Below, piece after piece: positions 1-11,945 of a stretch of DNA of 64,000 bases. Numbering within the stretch: the stretch's first letter is position 1; every line of letters starts with the position of its first letter. The DNA lies in NCBI GenBank assembly GCA_030295235.1, contig AP026176.1:62001-126000 (forward strand), in the 5' to 3' direction. The stretch comes from Fistulifera solaris. Its lineage: Eukaryota. The notes beneath the pieces were generated by a model. The model saw only the letters and a program-made list of their open reading frames with translations. It searched no databases and had not been told where the DNA came from. A program made the position numbers and the translations under genes.

Positions 1-2087
1 CATGTCACGTGGACGATCCATATCACGTGGTCTATTCATGTCTCGGCGATCCATATCATGAGGACGTTCCATGTCTCGTGGTCGTTCCATATCACGTGGT
101 CTACTCATGTCTCGGCGATCCATATGATGAGGACGTTCCATGTCTCGTGACCGTTCCATATCACGACGACGATCCAAATCCCGTGGTCGGTCTATGTCCC
201 TCAAAAGATCCACATCGCGCGGTAGGTCCATCTCTCTTGACCGATCTCCATCCCTCATTCGACCATAGTCACGATCCACTGACCGATCGCTCTTGTGGTC
301 CCTGCGACGATCGCCTCTACTCTTTTTCTTCTTCTTGCGACTGCCACTGCGTGAACGCGACAATTCGTCTCCTTCGCGAGAGTTGCGACGACCGTCGGAG
401 TTTTGTTTCTGCTTTTTGTAGGTGTGACTGTTTCCGTCCTCTTCCCCTTCTTCCCTATCCGAATAACGGTCATGATGACGATGTTGACTTTTCGACAATT
501 TGTCGCGATTTCGTTTATTGTTGCTACCCCGAGACAAATCTGCGTCGGAATGGCCGCGACTTTTCCGTTCGCTGGCATCCTTGACACCAGCATTGTCATG
601 CTTGCTTTTGGAATTACTAGAGTTAGGTTGCGCCAATTCAACTGCGGACATTGATTTTGATAATGGTGCTTTTTGTTGAAATCCTTCCTTCACCACACGT
701 TTCATCATCGATTGATACACTTTGTCAAATTTGGCTTGCGCTTCGTCCGGAGTCCGTCCTTTCAACAACGCTTCTTCTTTGGCCTGTTCTGCGGCGGCCT
801 TGGCTTCCTTGCGTTTCTTTTTGGTTTGAAACTCATGGAAATGCACGCCTTCATCTTCAAAGATGCGTCCTAATAGCGCTGGATCTTGTGGTGCAACTGG
901 CTCCAACCAAAAGTACTTGTGTTGCAAGGAATTGGCGGCCGACACTCGTTTCCGCGGATCCCATTCCAGCATGCGTTCTAATAATGCCAAGGCGGATTCG
1001 GGTATTTTGCTTTCGTATTTGAGTTTGAGTCGATTTGGCAAGTGTTTTGGAACTGTCATTCCCGACGCCGTCCGTTTGGGGTCCTTTTTCAACTGATTTT
1101 GCATATAATCCCAAGTATCGTCCGCCGGCGTCCCCATCATATTCAGTATCAGTTGAAATTGATCCAGTTCTGTCTTTCCCGGAAACAGAGGTTTTCCCAA
1201 AAAGAGTTCGGCCAAAATACACCCAACCGACCAAATATCGACCGCTGGTCCATATTCTTGTGCACCGACAAGAATTTCGGGGGCCTGTACCACAGCGTGA
1301 TCACCTTGTTGGTCAATAAGAGTGCGTCATTACTGTTGGAATATTTGCCTCCGCTTGATGATGACACAGACTGATAAATGGGCGGTTCGATCGAACGCGC
1401 CAAACCAAAATCCGCCAATTTCAATCGAAAATGATTGTCCAGCAAAATGTTACTGCTTTTGATATCGCGATGAATGTACTTGTGTTGATGCAAATACGCC
1501 AAAGCCTGCAGCAATTGCTGCACGATGCATTTGATTTGTACCGGCGTGAAAGGGTGACCAATATCCAGCAGTCCCGACAAGTCGTGTGGCAAATACTCCA
1601 ACACGAGGAACAAATTTCCCTTGTACTTTTCGCGAACATCAATCACCAACGGCTTGTCCGGCTTGGAAGAAGAGGGCATGAGCGGTTCATCTTCGGGATC
1701 TAAATGCTCCACACCTTTACTGGTAACAACTTCGATGAGACGTAACAAATTCGGATGCTGCAAGCGCTTCAATATTTTGATTTCTCGTATCTGTTGCAAC
1801 GAGGTGCCCATGGTAGTTTGTGTGTGTGGATGCGGACGTAACTTTTTGAGGGCAACGACTCGTTGTGTATCTTTACAATACGCGCTATACACTTCTCCAT
1901 ATGTTCCTGATCCGATTTTGGAGGTCAGATCGTAATGTGCTAATGTACGAGTCATTCGATTGCGATGATTCCAGAGATTGTTGTCATCGTGAGAAGTTGT
2001 CGTATCGGGTGTTATCGTATTATTGTGATGTATTGGACCGGAAGATGGCGGTTGGCCGCTTATATGCGAAAGATGATTGTAAGACAT
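1..2087 (-). CDS. Cyclin-dependent kinase, CDKC/CDK9-12-13 type (CDKC2-like), with long R/D/S-rich C-terminal tail; runs off the left edge
   Basis: Motifs IGSGTYGEV, VALKK, SLQQIRE (cyclin-binding helix), HRDIKSSN, DFGLAR, VITLWYRPP. A 1-bp loss in the G-run at ~1279-1283 shifts the frame; the second frame continues EILVGAQEYGPAVDIWSVGCILAELF and appears open to position 1. Confidence 0.9.
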
Positions 2088-2344
2088 AATGATAATGATA
2101 TTTTAATAAGACGAATAAAGGCACGATGATATAGATGAAGGAAATGAAGAGCAACAAAGCTAAAAAATGAAATAATGCGACTGCTTCACAGCCGCGTTTT
2201 GTGTCATGCGCGCGACGAGGCACAGACGAATCGCCCAGATTTTCTGGGAAAGTGAAAACACCGCGCAGACATTTAGAATTTTTGTCTGCCTAAACTAGGC
2301 GTGACTGTATCTACTATAGTCCATTGTGTATGCTCAACTTTCCC

Positions 2345-4283
2345 ATGACTGCACTTCAGTCGTGAATCATCATCCTTTCGACCGACAATGCTGCCTACAA
2401 TTCGCTCATTACACGTCATTGTATTTTTAAGTCGAGGAGCCTTGCGAAACGTTGTCTTCTGAATTTACTATAGACCCAAAGTGATGGTTCAAGGCGACCA
2501 CGACTGCACTTCAGTCGTGAATCATCATCCTTTCGACCGTCAATGCTGCCTACAATTCGCTCGTTCAACAAAAACTTTCGAGCTCCATTTGTCGTTGTTG
2601 CAATAAAATAGTCTTTGGCAGCTTTTGCATTACACGTCATCGTATTTTAAGTCGAGGAGCCTTGCGAAACGTTGTCTTCTGAATTTACTATAGACCCAAA
2701 GTGATGGTTCAAGGAGACCACGACTGCACTTCAGTCGTGAATCATCATCCTTTCGACCGACAATGCTGCCTACAATTCGCTCGTTCAACAAAACATTTCG
2801 AGCTCCGTTTGTCGTTGTTGCAATAAAATAGTCTTTGGCAGCTTTTGCATTACACGTCATCGTATTTTAAGTCGAGGAGCCTTGCGAAACGTTGTCTTCT
2901 GAATTTACTATAGACCCAAAGTGATGGTTCAAGGAGACCACGACTGCACTTCAGTCGTGAATCATCATCCTTTCGACCGACAATGCTGCCTACAATTCGC
3001 TCGTTCAACAAAACATTTCGAGCTCCATTTTTGTCGTTGTTGCAATAAAATAGTCTTTGGCAGCTTTTGCATTACACGTCATCGTATTTTAAGTCGAGGA
3101 GCCTTGCGAAACGTTGTCTTCTGAATTTACTATAGACCCAAAGTGATGGTTCAAGGAGACCACGACTGCACTTCAGTCGTGAATCATCATCCTTTCGACC
3201 GACAATGCTGCCTACAATTCGCTCGTTCAACAAAAAATTTCGAGCTCCGTTTGTCGTTGTTGCAATAAAATAGTCTTTGGCAGCTTTTGCATTACACGTC
3301 ATCGTATTTTAAGTCGAGGAGCCTTGCGAAACGTTGTCTTCTGAATTTACTATAGACCCAAAGTGATGGTTCAAGGAGACCACGACTGCACTTCAGTCGT
3401 GAATCATCGTCCTTTCGACCGTCAATGCTGCCTACAATTCGCTCGTTCAACAAAAAATTTCGAGCTCCATTTGTCGTTGTTGCAATAAAATAGTCTTTGG
3501 CAGCTTTTGCATTACACGTCATCGTATTTTAAGTCGAGGAGCCTTGCGAAACGTTGTCTTCTGAATTTACTATAGACCCAAAGTGATGGTTCAAGGAGAC
3601 CACGACTGCACTTCAGTCGTGAATCATCATCCTTTCGACCGACAATGCTGTCTACAATTCGCTCGTTCAACAAAAAATTTCGAGCTCCATTTGTCGTTGT
3701 TTCAATAAAATAGTCTTTGGCAGCTTTTGCATTACACGTCATCGTATTTTAAGTCGAGGAGCCTTGCGAAACGTTGTCTTCTGAATTTACTATAGACCCA
3801 AAGTGATGGTTCAAGGAGACCACGACTGCACTTCAGTCGTGAATCATCATCCTTTCGACCGACAATGCTGTCTACAATTCGCTCGTTCAACAAAAAATTT
3901 CGAGCTCCATTTGTCGTTGTTGCAATAAAATAGTCTTTGGCAGCTTTTGCATTACACGTCATCGTATTTTAAGTCGAGGAGCCTTGCGAAACGTTGTCTT
4001 CTGAATTTACTATAGACCCAAAGTGATGGTTCAAGGAGACCACGACTGCACTTCAGTCGTGAATCATCATCCTTTCGACCGACAATGCTGCCTACAATTC
4101 GCTCGTTCAACAAAAAATTTCGAGCTCCATTTGTCGTTGTTGCAATAAAATAGTCTTTGGCAGCTTTTGCATTACACGTCATCGTATTTTAAGTCGAGGA
4201 GCCTTGCGAAACGTTGTCTTCCGAACTTGCTATAGACCCAAGTGAAGGTTCAAGGCGACCACGACTGTAGTTCAGTCATGAGT
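2345..4283. repeat. Tandem array of a 220-bp unit (8 full copies plus partial end copies)
   Basis: CATTACACGTCAT recurs at ~2407, 2628, 2848, 3070, 3290, 3510, 3730, 3950 and 4170; copies differ by only a few substitutions. Confidence 0.97.
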
Positions 4284-4556
4284 CATGAGATCGACCGCTT
4301 CCAGATCGTCGTATCGGTACCTAACAATATTTTTCGACACCATTGAGATTCCAAATTCCCTGCTGTCAAAAGTGCGAAAGAAGAGGAAAAGGATCGCTCG
4401 TGTGCTCGTGTGTGCCGCGCGTGTTTTTTTCATTCACCGCTTCGCATCGTGTCAAAAATCGAGCCATCACTGTGCTTTCGTGGTTGAATATATCCTGCAT
4501 TCACTCGACCCCAAAGCAGTTGTTACTCTTCTAATACATTAATTACTCGCAAAATC

Positions 4557-5057
4557 ATGTTGATGAATACCCGCGCTTCTCTTCTTCGCGTCGCAACGAC
4601 TTGGTCGATGTTTCGTCCGGCCGCGCCTTCGACCGCCGCTCGTTGGTTGACGATTTCCGATACTTATTCGAAAAAGGTACGCTTCTGCGTTCGTGTGTTT
4701 GCTTGTAGAAGGAATTATAGCGAGATCGTGAAGACGACGAGCTGTCTTTTCGCAATGTGTTCTGTCGCTGCGATTTCTGCTTGTTTGATTGTTGCACGAG
4801 ACATAGGGCGCATTGACTAACTCACTCTACACGCACAGGAACGAGTGGAAGAAGATCGATACATGCGAGAGCAGGAGAAAAAGTTCTTTGAGCAAAAGAA
4901 AAAAGAGACGGCGAATATGCAGCAAAAGGAAATGGATGAATTTCAAGCCAAAATTGCTCCGGCCATGGCAGAAGCCCATTCGATCTTGAAGGAAAGTGGG
5001 AATGATGTGAGCGACAAAGGCTTGGAAGCCTTGGCGCGATGGAAGTTGGGATTGTAA
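4557..5057 (+). CDS. Mitochondrial F1Fo-ATPase inhibitor (IF1/IATP)-like protein
   Basis: Exon 1 4557-4676 encodes an R/S/T/A-rich mitochondrial presequence. GT-AG intron 4677-4838 has a GACTAAC branch site; exon 2 is 4839-5057. The spliced product reads DTYSKKERVEEDRYMREQE, matching the IF1 consensus (F-x-KREKAEEDxYxR). Confidence 0.8.
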
Positions 5058-5246
5058 GGGAGCAGAATTGGGTTTCTTGCAATAAAATATACATTAAACT
5101 ATAAACAGTTGGTTTCGACAAGCCGAAGATCTTCTATAAATTGATCTGAGCTGCACCACAATCATGAGAGCTTGCCGAGTCTAGTCTAGCACGATATAAA
5201 GTAGCTCTTCAATACGCTATTAAAAAATTAAAAAAACACTCGGATG

Positions 5247-6822
5247 TTATTGTGATAACAGAGTCAACGTTCTGGATGAATACACAACAAAGATAGCGGA
5301 CAGAATTAACACGAAGGTGATCATTTGAAACAAGGCGCCAGCATCCTTCCCGTGCAAAATGTATCCCGATAGAAGAGGAAAGATGATGCGCGCCAAAGAT
5401 CCTGCGGAAGCGAACCAGCCCTGTAGGGTTCCCTGTGGTCGTCGTCCTATCACTGGGGTAGAAGGAAATACATTACGGTTGAGACATTTTCGTTTACAAG
5501 AAATTGCATCCCTTCCTGGTGTTACCTTTGGAAAACAAACCAATCACCGCCGTATGACCAATGGGATATCCTATTGAGTACATGAGAAAGATTGAAACGC
5601 AATACTTCCAAGATGGATTCGTCGCGTCGTCACTATACACAACATAATCATCATTCAGGGCTGGCTCGGGTTCGTTCAGTGTCATGAACAACGCCGAGCT
5701 CAGTGACATGATCATTATTCCTCCCGCAATGAGTTGGACATCCGAAAATAGCTGTGACAAATATCCCATGCTCAACAAACTGGCGACACCACAGGCACCG
5801 CACATTCCCACCCAAAGGCCGGCACGTGTGGACAACAAACCGAAATGCGATTCGGCAATTTTGATGCCCAATGTTTCAAACGCAGCAATGGATCCTTTGG
5901 TACTGATATTCAGTAGCATACATCCCAGTATACAACAATCGTAGATCGATATGGCAATGACGGGGACAATTTCATTCGCGACACGCTCGATTTCTTGTCG
6001 TCGTTCCGATTTCTTCTTGGGGGAACCGTCGACTCCGGATTCTGCCATCTGATCCGTGCGCACTCGTCCTCGAAAGAATGTCAGTAAAATGGCAATCGTT
6101 CCCAGAACAATACACCCCATAAACAACGCCGGAGCGGTAAACATATTGAGAAAGCCCTTGGCATCACGAAAAATGTAATTGAAAAAAGCACCTGCAATCG
6201 GCGTCACGGTGAAACCAGCGTATTGCATGGCCGTCAACCAAGCCATGTACGTTGTACGGTCGCGTTGGGGAGTAATTTCGGCCACAAAGGCACGAGACAC
6301 TCCCAACGTACCCGAACCGATTCCCAAAACCGTTTGTGCGGCCAGCAAGCATTCGGGTCGTCCTACCAGGTACGTGACTGCGTACAGCAGAGTCCCCAGA
6401 AACAAAAAAAGAGCACGAGATCAGAAGTGTTTTCGTATAGCCGATCGTATGCGACCAGCTACCAAAGACTGGATTGACCAAGATCCTTCCAAAGGAAAAA
6501 GCAGCAACGGCATATCCCAAGGTGACCGCCGAACCTCCCAAATGTTCGACAAACAACCACAGCGACGGAAAAAAAGACACCGCGTGTCATATCACCCAAA
6601 AAATATAACTAAGCAAATACAAGCAAATCCGGTAGGATCGTAAATTCCTTCGGCCGATAGCACGGATGAGGCGATACTCGGCGCCAAACTAAAGTCATCG
6701 TGGTTGTCTTCTACTGAATCATTCTCCATATTTCGGTAGCCTGCCTCGACAGTTTCGGCTTTCTTTCGATCATGATTGTTTATCGAGTGCAGATTTGAGC
6801 TGTTGTTGTTGAGTGTTGTCAT
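5247..6822 (-). CDS. Major facilitator superfamily transporter (MFSD8-like)
   Basis: Many hydrophobic segments; LGYAVAAFSFGR, GIGSGTLGVSRAFVAE, QGTLQGWFASAGSLARI. Intron ~5525-5453; 1-bp indels in A-runs at ~6600 and ~6407. Confidence 0.85.
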
Positions 6823-7130
6823 AGTCCCCTATAATCAATAACAGAAAAGAGGAAACATGAGAAAGAATGAGATGAATGACGACGATCAAGAACGCAGTCG
6901 CAGCATGTGCATTTATGTTTTAACCGGCGTTGACATAACGGTGACAATTACCTACGAGTTTGAGTACCACAATTAATTCCGAAACGTCAAGTCACGGAAT
7001 ATATATACAAAATTCGAAGTGAGAAATTATGGAAGTGTGTGTTTTGGAACGCAGCACAAGTGCGCGTTCCAGAATTTCTGGAACAATGTGTTTTAAATAC
7101 TATAGTACGTTTTTTAGAGTCAGAATACAA

Positions 7131-7420
7131 TTTTTGACATTCAACTGAATTTTTCATTGTTCTTTTTACTTTCGTTCAGAAAAACTTCCGATTTCTTAAT
7201 CACTCTAAGGTTACCACGATTAGTGATAAAGCGACAAACATGCGCCGGTTTCCCAGTGCGGAGGTGCGCTGTGGCGCGCCATCTCTCGGATTTCGCAATA
7301 GCATGCTCACCGATCGAACCAACGAAAGACTCCGGCGAGATCGGATAAAGCCACAAGTTTCTGAGTACGGTCTCTTCCATTTATTTCTTTTGCAGCTTTC
7401 TTGCAATTTGAAAGAGGCCA
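7131..7420 (-). mobile_element. Short degenerate 3' fragment of a CRE-like non-LTR retrotransposon
   Basis: Encodes IARKLQKK..WKRPYSETCGFIRSRRSLSLVRSVSMLLRNPR...WETG, homologous to the element end at 15011-15200. The downstream region also resembles 14909-14965 (CATTCAACTGAATTTTTCA vs CATTCGACTGAATTTTCCA). Confidence 0.75.
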
Positions 7421-8150
7421 TCCAGAAATTCTGGAATCGGAATATTTGAACATACAAGATTCTGTGGGGGTCCAGAAATTCTGGACCATTATTTTTTCTA
7501 CCGAAATGCTGTGTACGTTCCGGGTTATTCTGGACACCGTTTTCCTGAAATTCTGGAAACTGTGTTTTGAATATAACGAAAGAAACTTTATGTTCCAGAA
7601 TTTCTGGAAAAGTTGTTCTACTCATACAGAAATTCTGTGGTGGTCCAGAAATTCTGGACCAGTTTTTTCAATTCTACCGCAATGCTGTACAAGTTCCAGA
7701 ATTTCTTATTGCGGTTTTTTGGATCGTCACAAAAGAATATGAGCGTTCCGAAAAATCTGCCAACTGTGTTTTGATCGAAACGAACGAAAATTTACTCTCC
7801 AGAAATTCAGGAATCGTTATATTTCATCATACAGAAATTCTGTGTATTTCCAGAAATTCTGGACCATAATCGTTTTCGTTCCTATCGAAATGCTGTGCAC
7901 GTTCCAGATTTACTGGACACGGTTGACGAATCATCAAGAAATAATAAGCTTTTCCAGAAGTTCTGGAAACTGTGTTTTGATTATAACGAAAGAAAGTTTA
8001 TGTTCCAAAAATTCTGGACAAGTTATTTCTGATCATACAGAAATTCTTTGGTGGTCCAGAAATTCTGGACCAGTTTTTCAATCCTACCGACATGCAAGCC
8101 GACATGCTGTACAAGTTCCAGACATTCTTATTACGGTGTTTTGGAAATCA
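7421..8150 (+). repeat. Dispersed palindrome-rich repeat family (core GGTCCAGAAATTCTGGACC), degenerate ~170-206-bp units
   Basis: Core at ~7469, 7642, 7848 and 8054, with many TCCAGAA(A/T)TTCTGGA variants between them. Confidence 0.9.
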
Positions 8151-8860
8151 AGTAGGCCCTGATCCGATCTTCAGGCACAAGCACAACCATGAAACGCGAC
8201 CACTCGAGTATGATTCACAAAATAGTGCAATAATTCAACAAATAAAACGATTGAATAAACATGAAAAGAAGGGGAGCGGCTTGAACGCGATAGCTTTTTG
8301 GAACTCATTGGCTTTTGAGGGCGGTGGGGACTGGGGACTGAAGACTGAAACAAGACTGATACGGTGTTTGCACTTTGCACTACAGTACAAGTACCAGGTA
8401 CTACTTGTAACTATGGTTTTAAGTTACTTATCGTCGAGGCTGACGCAGAAGGGAATTTTGTGTACGAGGATTTGGCCCGACGACTTTGTGAAAGAGGCCC
8501 ACGCACACTTTAGGGGAATCTAATATCGAGTATGCGATGGGTAGTACTATATGATTGGTGAAGGGTGAAGGGGAGGAAAAAATATCTTATTGCACCAGTT
8601 TGAGTCGTGAAACTAATTTGTGATGAGCTCGGTTTCAAAAGGAGCTCATTCATTCACAAAACAATCCAGGTAGAGGCAAAGCTTTGTTTACTTTGTATTT
8701 TATCATTTTGTTTCCGAGGCTAATTGTCGGTGTACACAGTTGACTATTGCACACTGTCCTCATTGATTGTCGTGCGTGACGGAGCGTTCGAATTATTCAA
8801 AAGCTAACAATTTTCTTCTTAAACAGGTAATTTTCTCATCTCTTTTCAGCTCCGCCCGAC

Positions 8861-9172
8861 ATGGATGACAATCTCATTGAAGAAATCTTACTAAAACTCG
8901 ATCTGCTGCAGATCAGCCAGAACGAACTACGCGCTGAATTACGAGCTCAACGGGCCCGGCGAAACAACAACGTCTACGCCGTACACGATCGTGTTGAAAT
9001 TTTGAACCGGGTGCACAGACCGAAGCATTGGACCGGTCCCTGGACGCCCGAGCTTGCTCAGCAGTCGCAGTATGCCATTGTTACCAGAGTGAACGGTGAT
9101 CGAGTGTCCGTTCTCACCGACATTGGCATACGCACCTGGCGCGCACCGCAAAATCTACGCCGAATCCGCTGA
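8861..9172 (+). CDS. Small hypothetical protein (N-terminal coiled coil, C-terminal SH3/KOW-like beta region ending TWRAPQNLRR)
   Basis: Clean ATG-to-stop 103-aa ORF with protein-like composition; splice-like signals upstream (polypyrimidine-AG at ~8849). Confidence 0.55.
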   Translation: MDDNLIEEILLKLDLLQISQNELRAELRAQRARRNNNVYAVHDRVEILNRVHRPKHWTGPWTPELAQQSQYAIVTRVNGDRVSVLTDIGIRTWRAPQNLRRIR

Positions 9173-9611
9173 GTCGGCTTTATGAGGAGTTGTTGCTGCC
9201 CAATGAATGAACCACTCTACGCAACAATCACAAAGTAACTAAATGCATGCAAGTAAATTTGGTATAATCGTTTATTCATTCTGCCGATAGCACCGAAGAG
9301 GCAGTATTGGGCGCAAGTTGTCGTTTCCATCTGACTCCTCCGTAGACGTGCCAAAAACGATTCGATCAATGTATTTCAAAAGTATTGCGTATAATAGTAA
9401 GGCCTCTGTCTGGTGCTCGATAAGCCGGAGAGAGCTATCTCCCTAGGGCCTGGCCTCATCTTTATAGCATCCCACGTATCACGAAGAATAATTTTAAATA
9501 AACACACATATACTCTACAAAGATATGAATGAATTCGAAGTCGCTCAGCAACAGGACCGTCAGCGTCCCATGTTGCGCAGTACCACAAAATGTCGAGCCC
9601 CCGTCCATTCC

Positions 9612-11945
9612 TTAGAAATCACTGATATCATCGTCACTGTCGGGGTGCAAACTCTCCACAATATCGGTATTGTCATCGGTTTGTACCGATGCTTTACTCG
9701 GAGCAGGTTCAGACTCGTCCATGCTGTTCTCGTCTTTGTCGCGGTACTTTCCGAACGATCCCAACAGACCATTTCCCGATCCAATCAGCTTCTTGGGCGA
9801 TCGCCGGGGCGGACTGCCAACTGGGGTTGTGGGTCGTTTCGTAGCTGAAAATTGCACCATTGCCACACGCTGCAAGGGTGGCAAAACCGGCGAAACGCAA
9901 ATGCGTCGCACGCACGAGGGAAACAGAGAACCAAAATGCAATGCATTTTTACACAGCAAACAAGCTCCGCAGTTGATGGGCAGTCGGCAATTCAAACAAT
10001 CACCACATGCTACATAATCGCGTGATTCGGTCGGCAGGGGTTGTGCGGTGTACGTGGGCGCATGTACCGTAAACTGCATCGACAGACGTTGCTTGCGCGC
10101 AGAATCGTTCCGATGCGGCCGGGCAAAGATAGCTTGGGTGCGAGAACGGGAACGATGACTGCCTCGCGATCCGTCGGGGGTACTACCTGAAACGGGGTGG
10201 AAATTGCTTCGAGGAGATGGACGAGTAGCAGAAGACGCCAGCATAGAAGATGTGGCTGGATCAAAATGAGGCGATCGATTGAATTGCTTCAATGGTGATG
10301 TTCCCTGGGCCAATCTTGGCTGCTTCAAAACGGACTGAAGTGGCCGGTCAACATGATCCGGTTCTTTTCGTTTTCGTGGCGACAAATACTTCGGCGGCGA
10401 ATCGAGTTGTGGCACTGTGTCGTCCTTCGAAGAATCCCAGTTGATTTCTGCTCGTGGAGAAAGACGACTACTTGTTTTTGAACTTTGTTGCCTAGAAGAA
10501 TCGGACCGTGCGGGAGAATACAGGCTATCCGTAGGTACTATCTTTCGTTGTACCTTCTTTTCGGGAGTATTGCCACGATCCATCCCTGCTTGGGAGCGAG
10601 GGTGATCCTTCGCCTTGCTGGGGGAATTTTGCGGAGACTGTTGCAACAATCCTTCTGTACTTTTCCTGTTACGTTGAGCGTTCGACTGTCTCAATTCACT
10701 CTTTCTCTTGCTTGGAGAGTTCTGCTTGGCCGTTTGGTGCGTTTCGTCCATGGTACTGTGGTCCTTTTGGAACTCCGAGTGTTGGACTCTACGGTTTTTG
10801 GCTTCGGGTGGGGACACTGGCTCTTTCGCTGTATTCTTTCGGACCCTCGCAGACGGTCTATCCTTTGCTTTCGCTTGTGTCTGCTTGGGTTTCTCGGTAG
10901 GCGCTGTATTCTCCTTGGGTTTCGCGGCGGGCCGGCGTTGCTCGGTTTTCGAAACCCACGCACCACCCTGTTCATCCCAATCAAATCCGAGTGGCGCTTT
11001 GCCCCGTGGCCGGGCAAACGTCCCATCTGGTTTCTGTACTAGTGGCTGTTTGGATTCGCGAATCACCACAGACGAGATGTCATCATCCACGCGGGGCTTC
11101 TTCTGGGCTTTGAAATTGGTCGACGATAATTGACGCTTTCGTGTCTTATTGGATAGTTCCGCCAACATTCCTTCCTTCGAAAGTGCCATGTTCGAATCCG
11201 AATGTCTCCGTTTGTCGGTCTTATGAGACAATGTTTTTCGGGGTACACCCCACAAAGTGGCGAGCGCATCGCCTTTCGAAGCCAACAATTGCTTGGGAAT
11301 CGGACTCGTGGCTAATTTCGAACGACTCGTGGTGGGGCGCGGCGGTGTGGCCGCGAGGGCCAAAAATCCTCCCGAATTCTCTTCCAGGGTCGCTTCCAAC
11401 CGTTTCGGACTCGGCATTTGGACACGAATATTCGTCGAAGATGATGATGTGACGATTTTTGTGGCGGGGCGTTGTTTGGGATCAATGAGAGGACTGTGTG
11501 TTGCGGATAAAGCGATTTTCTTGTGCTTCTCCTTTGCGGCGGAACGTGTTTGTCGCTTTGTCATTGTTGCGTTGCTACTATGTTTTACTGCCTTTCCTTT
11601 CGATTTCTGTCGATTCTTTCCTTTTTCGTGTATTGCCTCTTTTGCTGTTGCTTTGTGGTTGCGATTCGGTGATTCATTTACAGACACGAAAGAATCTGCT
11701 GTCTTCGCTTTAGTAGCCTTTGTCTTTGCAGTCGCTTTCTTCGGCGATGTATCCGTCCATTCCCCGTAAATCGGATCCCACGACTTTCCTGCAGGAGCAC
11801 GACCCCGTGGTTTCGGATGAAATGGAATAGCATCTTCCAACAATCGCTTGGTGTGCGGAGAACGTTGACGAAGAATGCGTTTTTCTTTGGCGACGCGCGT
11901 TAATTCGAGATGAACGGACGCCCATTGCGCCATCCGTTCGTCCAT
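9612..11945 (-). CDS. Large basic low-complexity nuclear protein with two PRG[RK]AP.G..WD motifs and a C-terminal CXXC-type zinc finger
   Basis: Long open frame with probable start MDERMAQW; KPRGRAPAGKSWD and RPRGKAPLGFDWD; CGDCLNC...CGACLLC...C...C. Confidence 0.75.
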   Translation of the reverse strand: MDERMAQWASVHLELTRVAKEKRILRQRSPHTKRLLEDAIPFHPKPRGRAPAGKSWDPIYGEWTDTSPKKATAKTKATKAKTADSFVSVNESPNRNHKATAKEAIHEKGKNRQKSKGKAVKHSSNATMTKRQTRSAAKEKHKKIALSATHSPLIDPKQRPATKIVTSSSSTNIRVQMPSPKRLEATLEENSGGFLALAATPPRPTTSRSKLATSPIPKQLLASKGDALATLWGVPRKTLSHKTDKRRHSDSNMALSKEGMLAELSNKTRKRQLSSTNFKAQKKPRVDDDISSVVIRESKQPLVQKPDGTFARPRGKAPLGFDWDEQGGAWVSKTEQRRPAAKPKENTAPTEKPKQTQAKAKDRPSARVRKNTAKEPVSPPEAKNRRVQHSEFQKDHSTMDETHQTAKQNSPSKRKSELRQSNAQRNRKSTEGLLQQSPQNSPSKAKDHPRSQAGMDRGNTPEKKVQRKIVPTDSLYSPARSDSSRQQSSKTSSRLSPRAEINWDSSKDDTVPQLDSPPKYLSPRKRKEPDHVDRPLQSVLKQPRLAQGTSPLKQFNRSPHFDPATSSMLASSATRPSPRSNFHPVSGSTPDGSRGSHRSRSRTQAIFARPHRNDSARKQRLSMQFTVHAPTYTAQPLPTESRDYVACGDCLNCRLPINCGACLLCKNALHFGSLFPSCVRRICVSPVLPPLQRVAMVQFSATKRPTTPVGSPPRRSPKKLIGSGNGLLGSFGKYRDKDENSMDESEPAPSKASVQTDDNTDIVESLHPDSDDDISDF

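Noticed and set aside
2416..4182. Tandem 76-aa ORFs in the 220-bp array as a multigene family
   Set aside because: They start at GTG, the unit length is not a multiple of 3, one copy is frameshifted and no domain is visible; they are by-products of the repeat.
8540..9440. LTR retrotransposon around the 8861 ORF (purine tract at ~8560, TGG-initial string at 9411)
   Set aside because: No direct terminal repeats, no gag/pol, and no tRNA match that I could establish.
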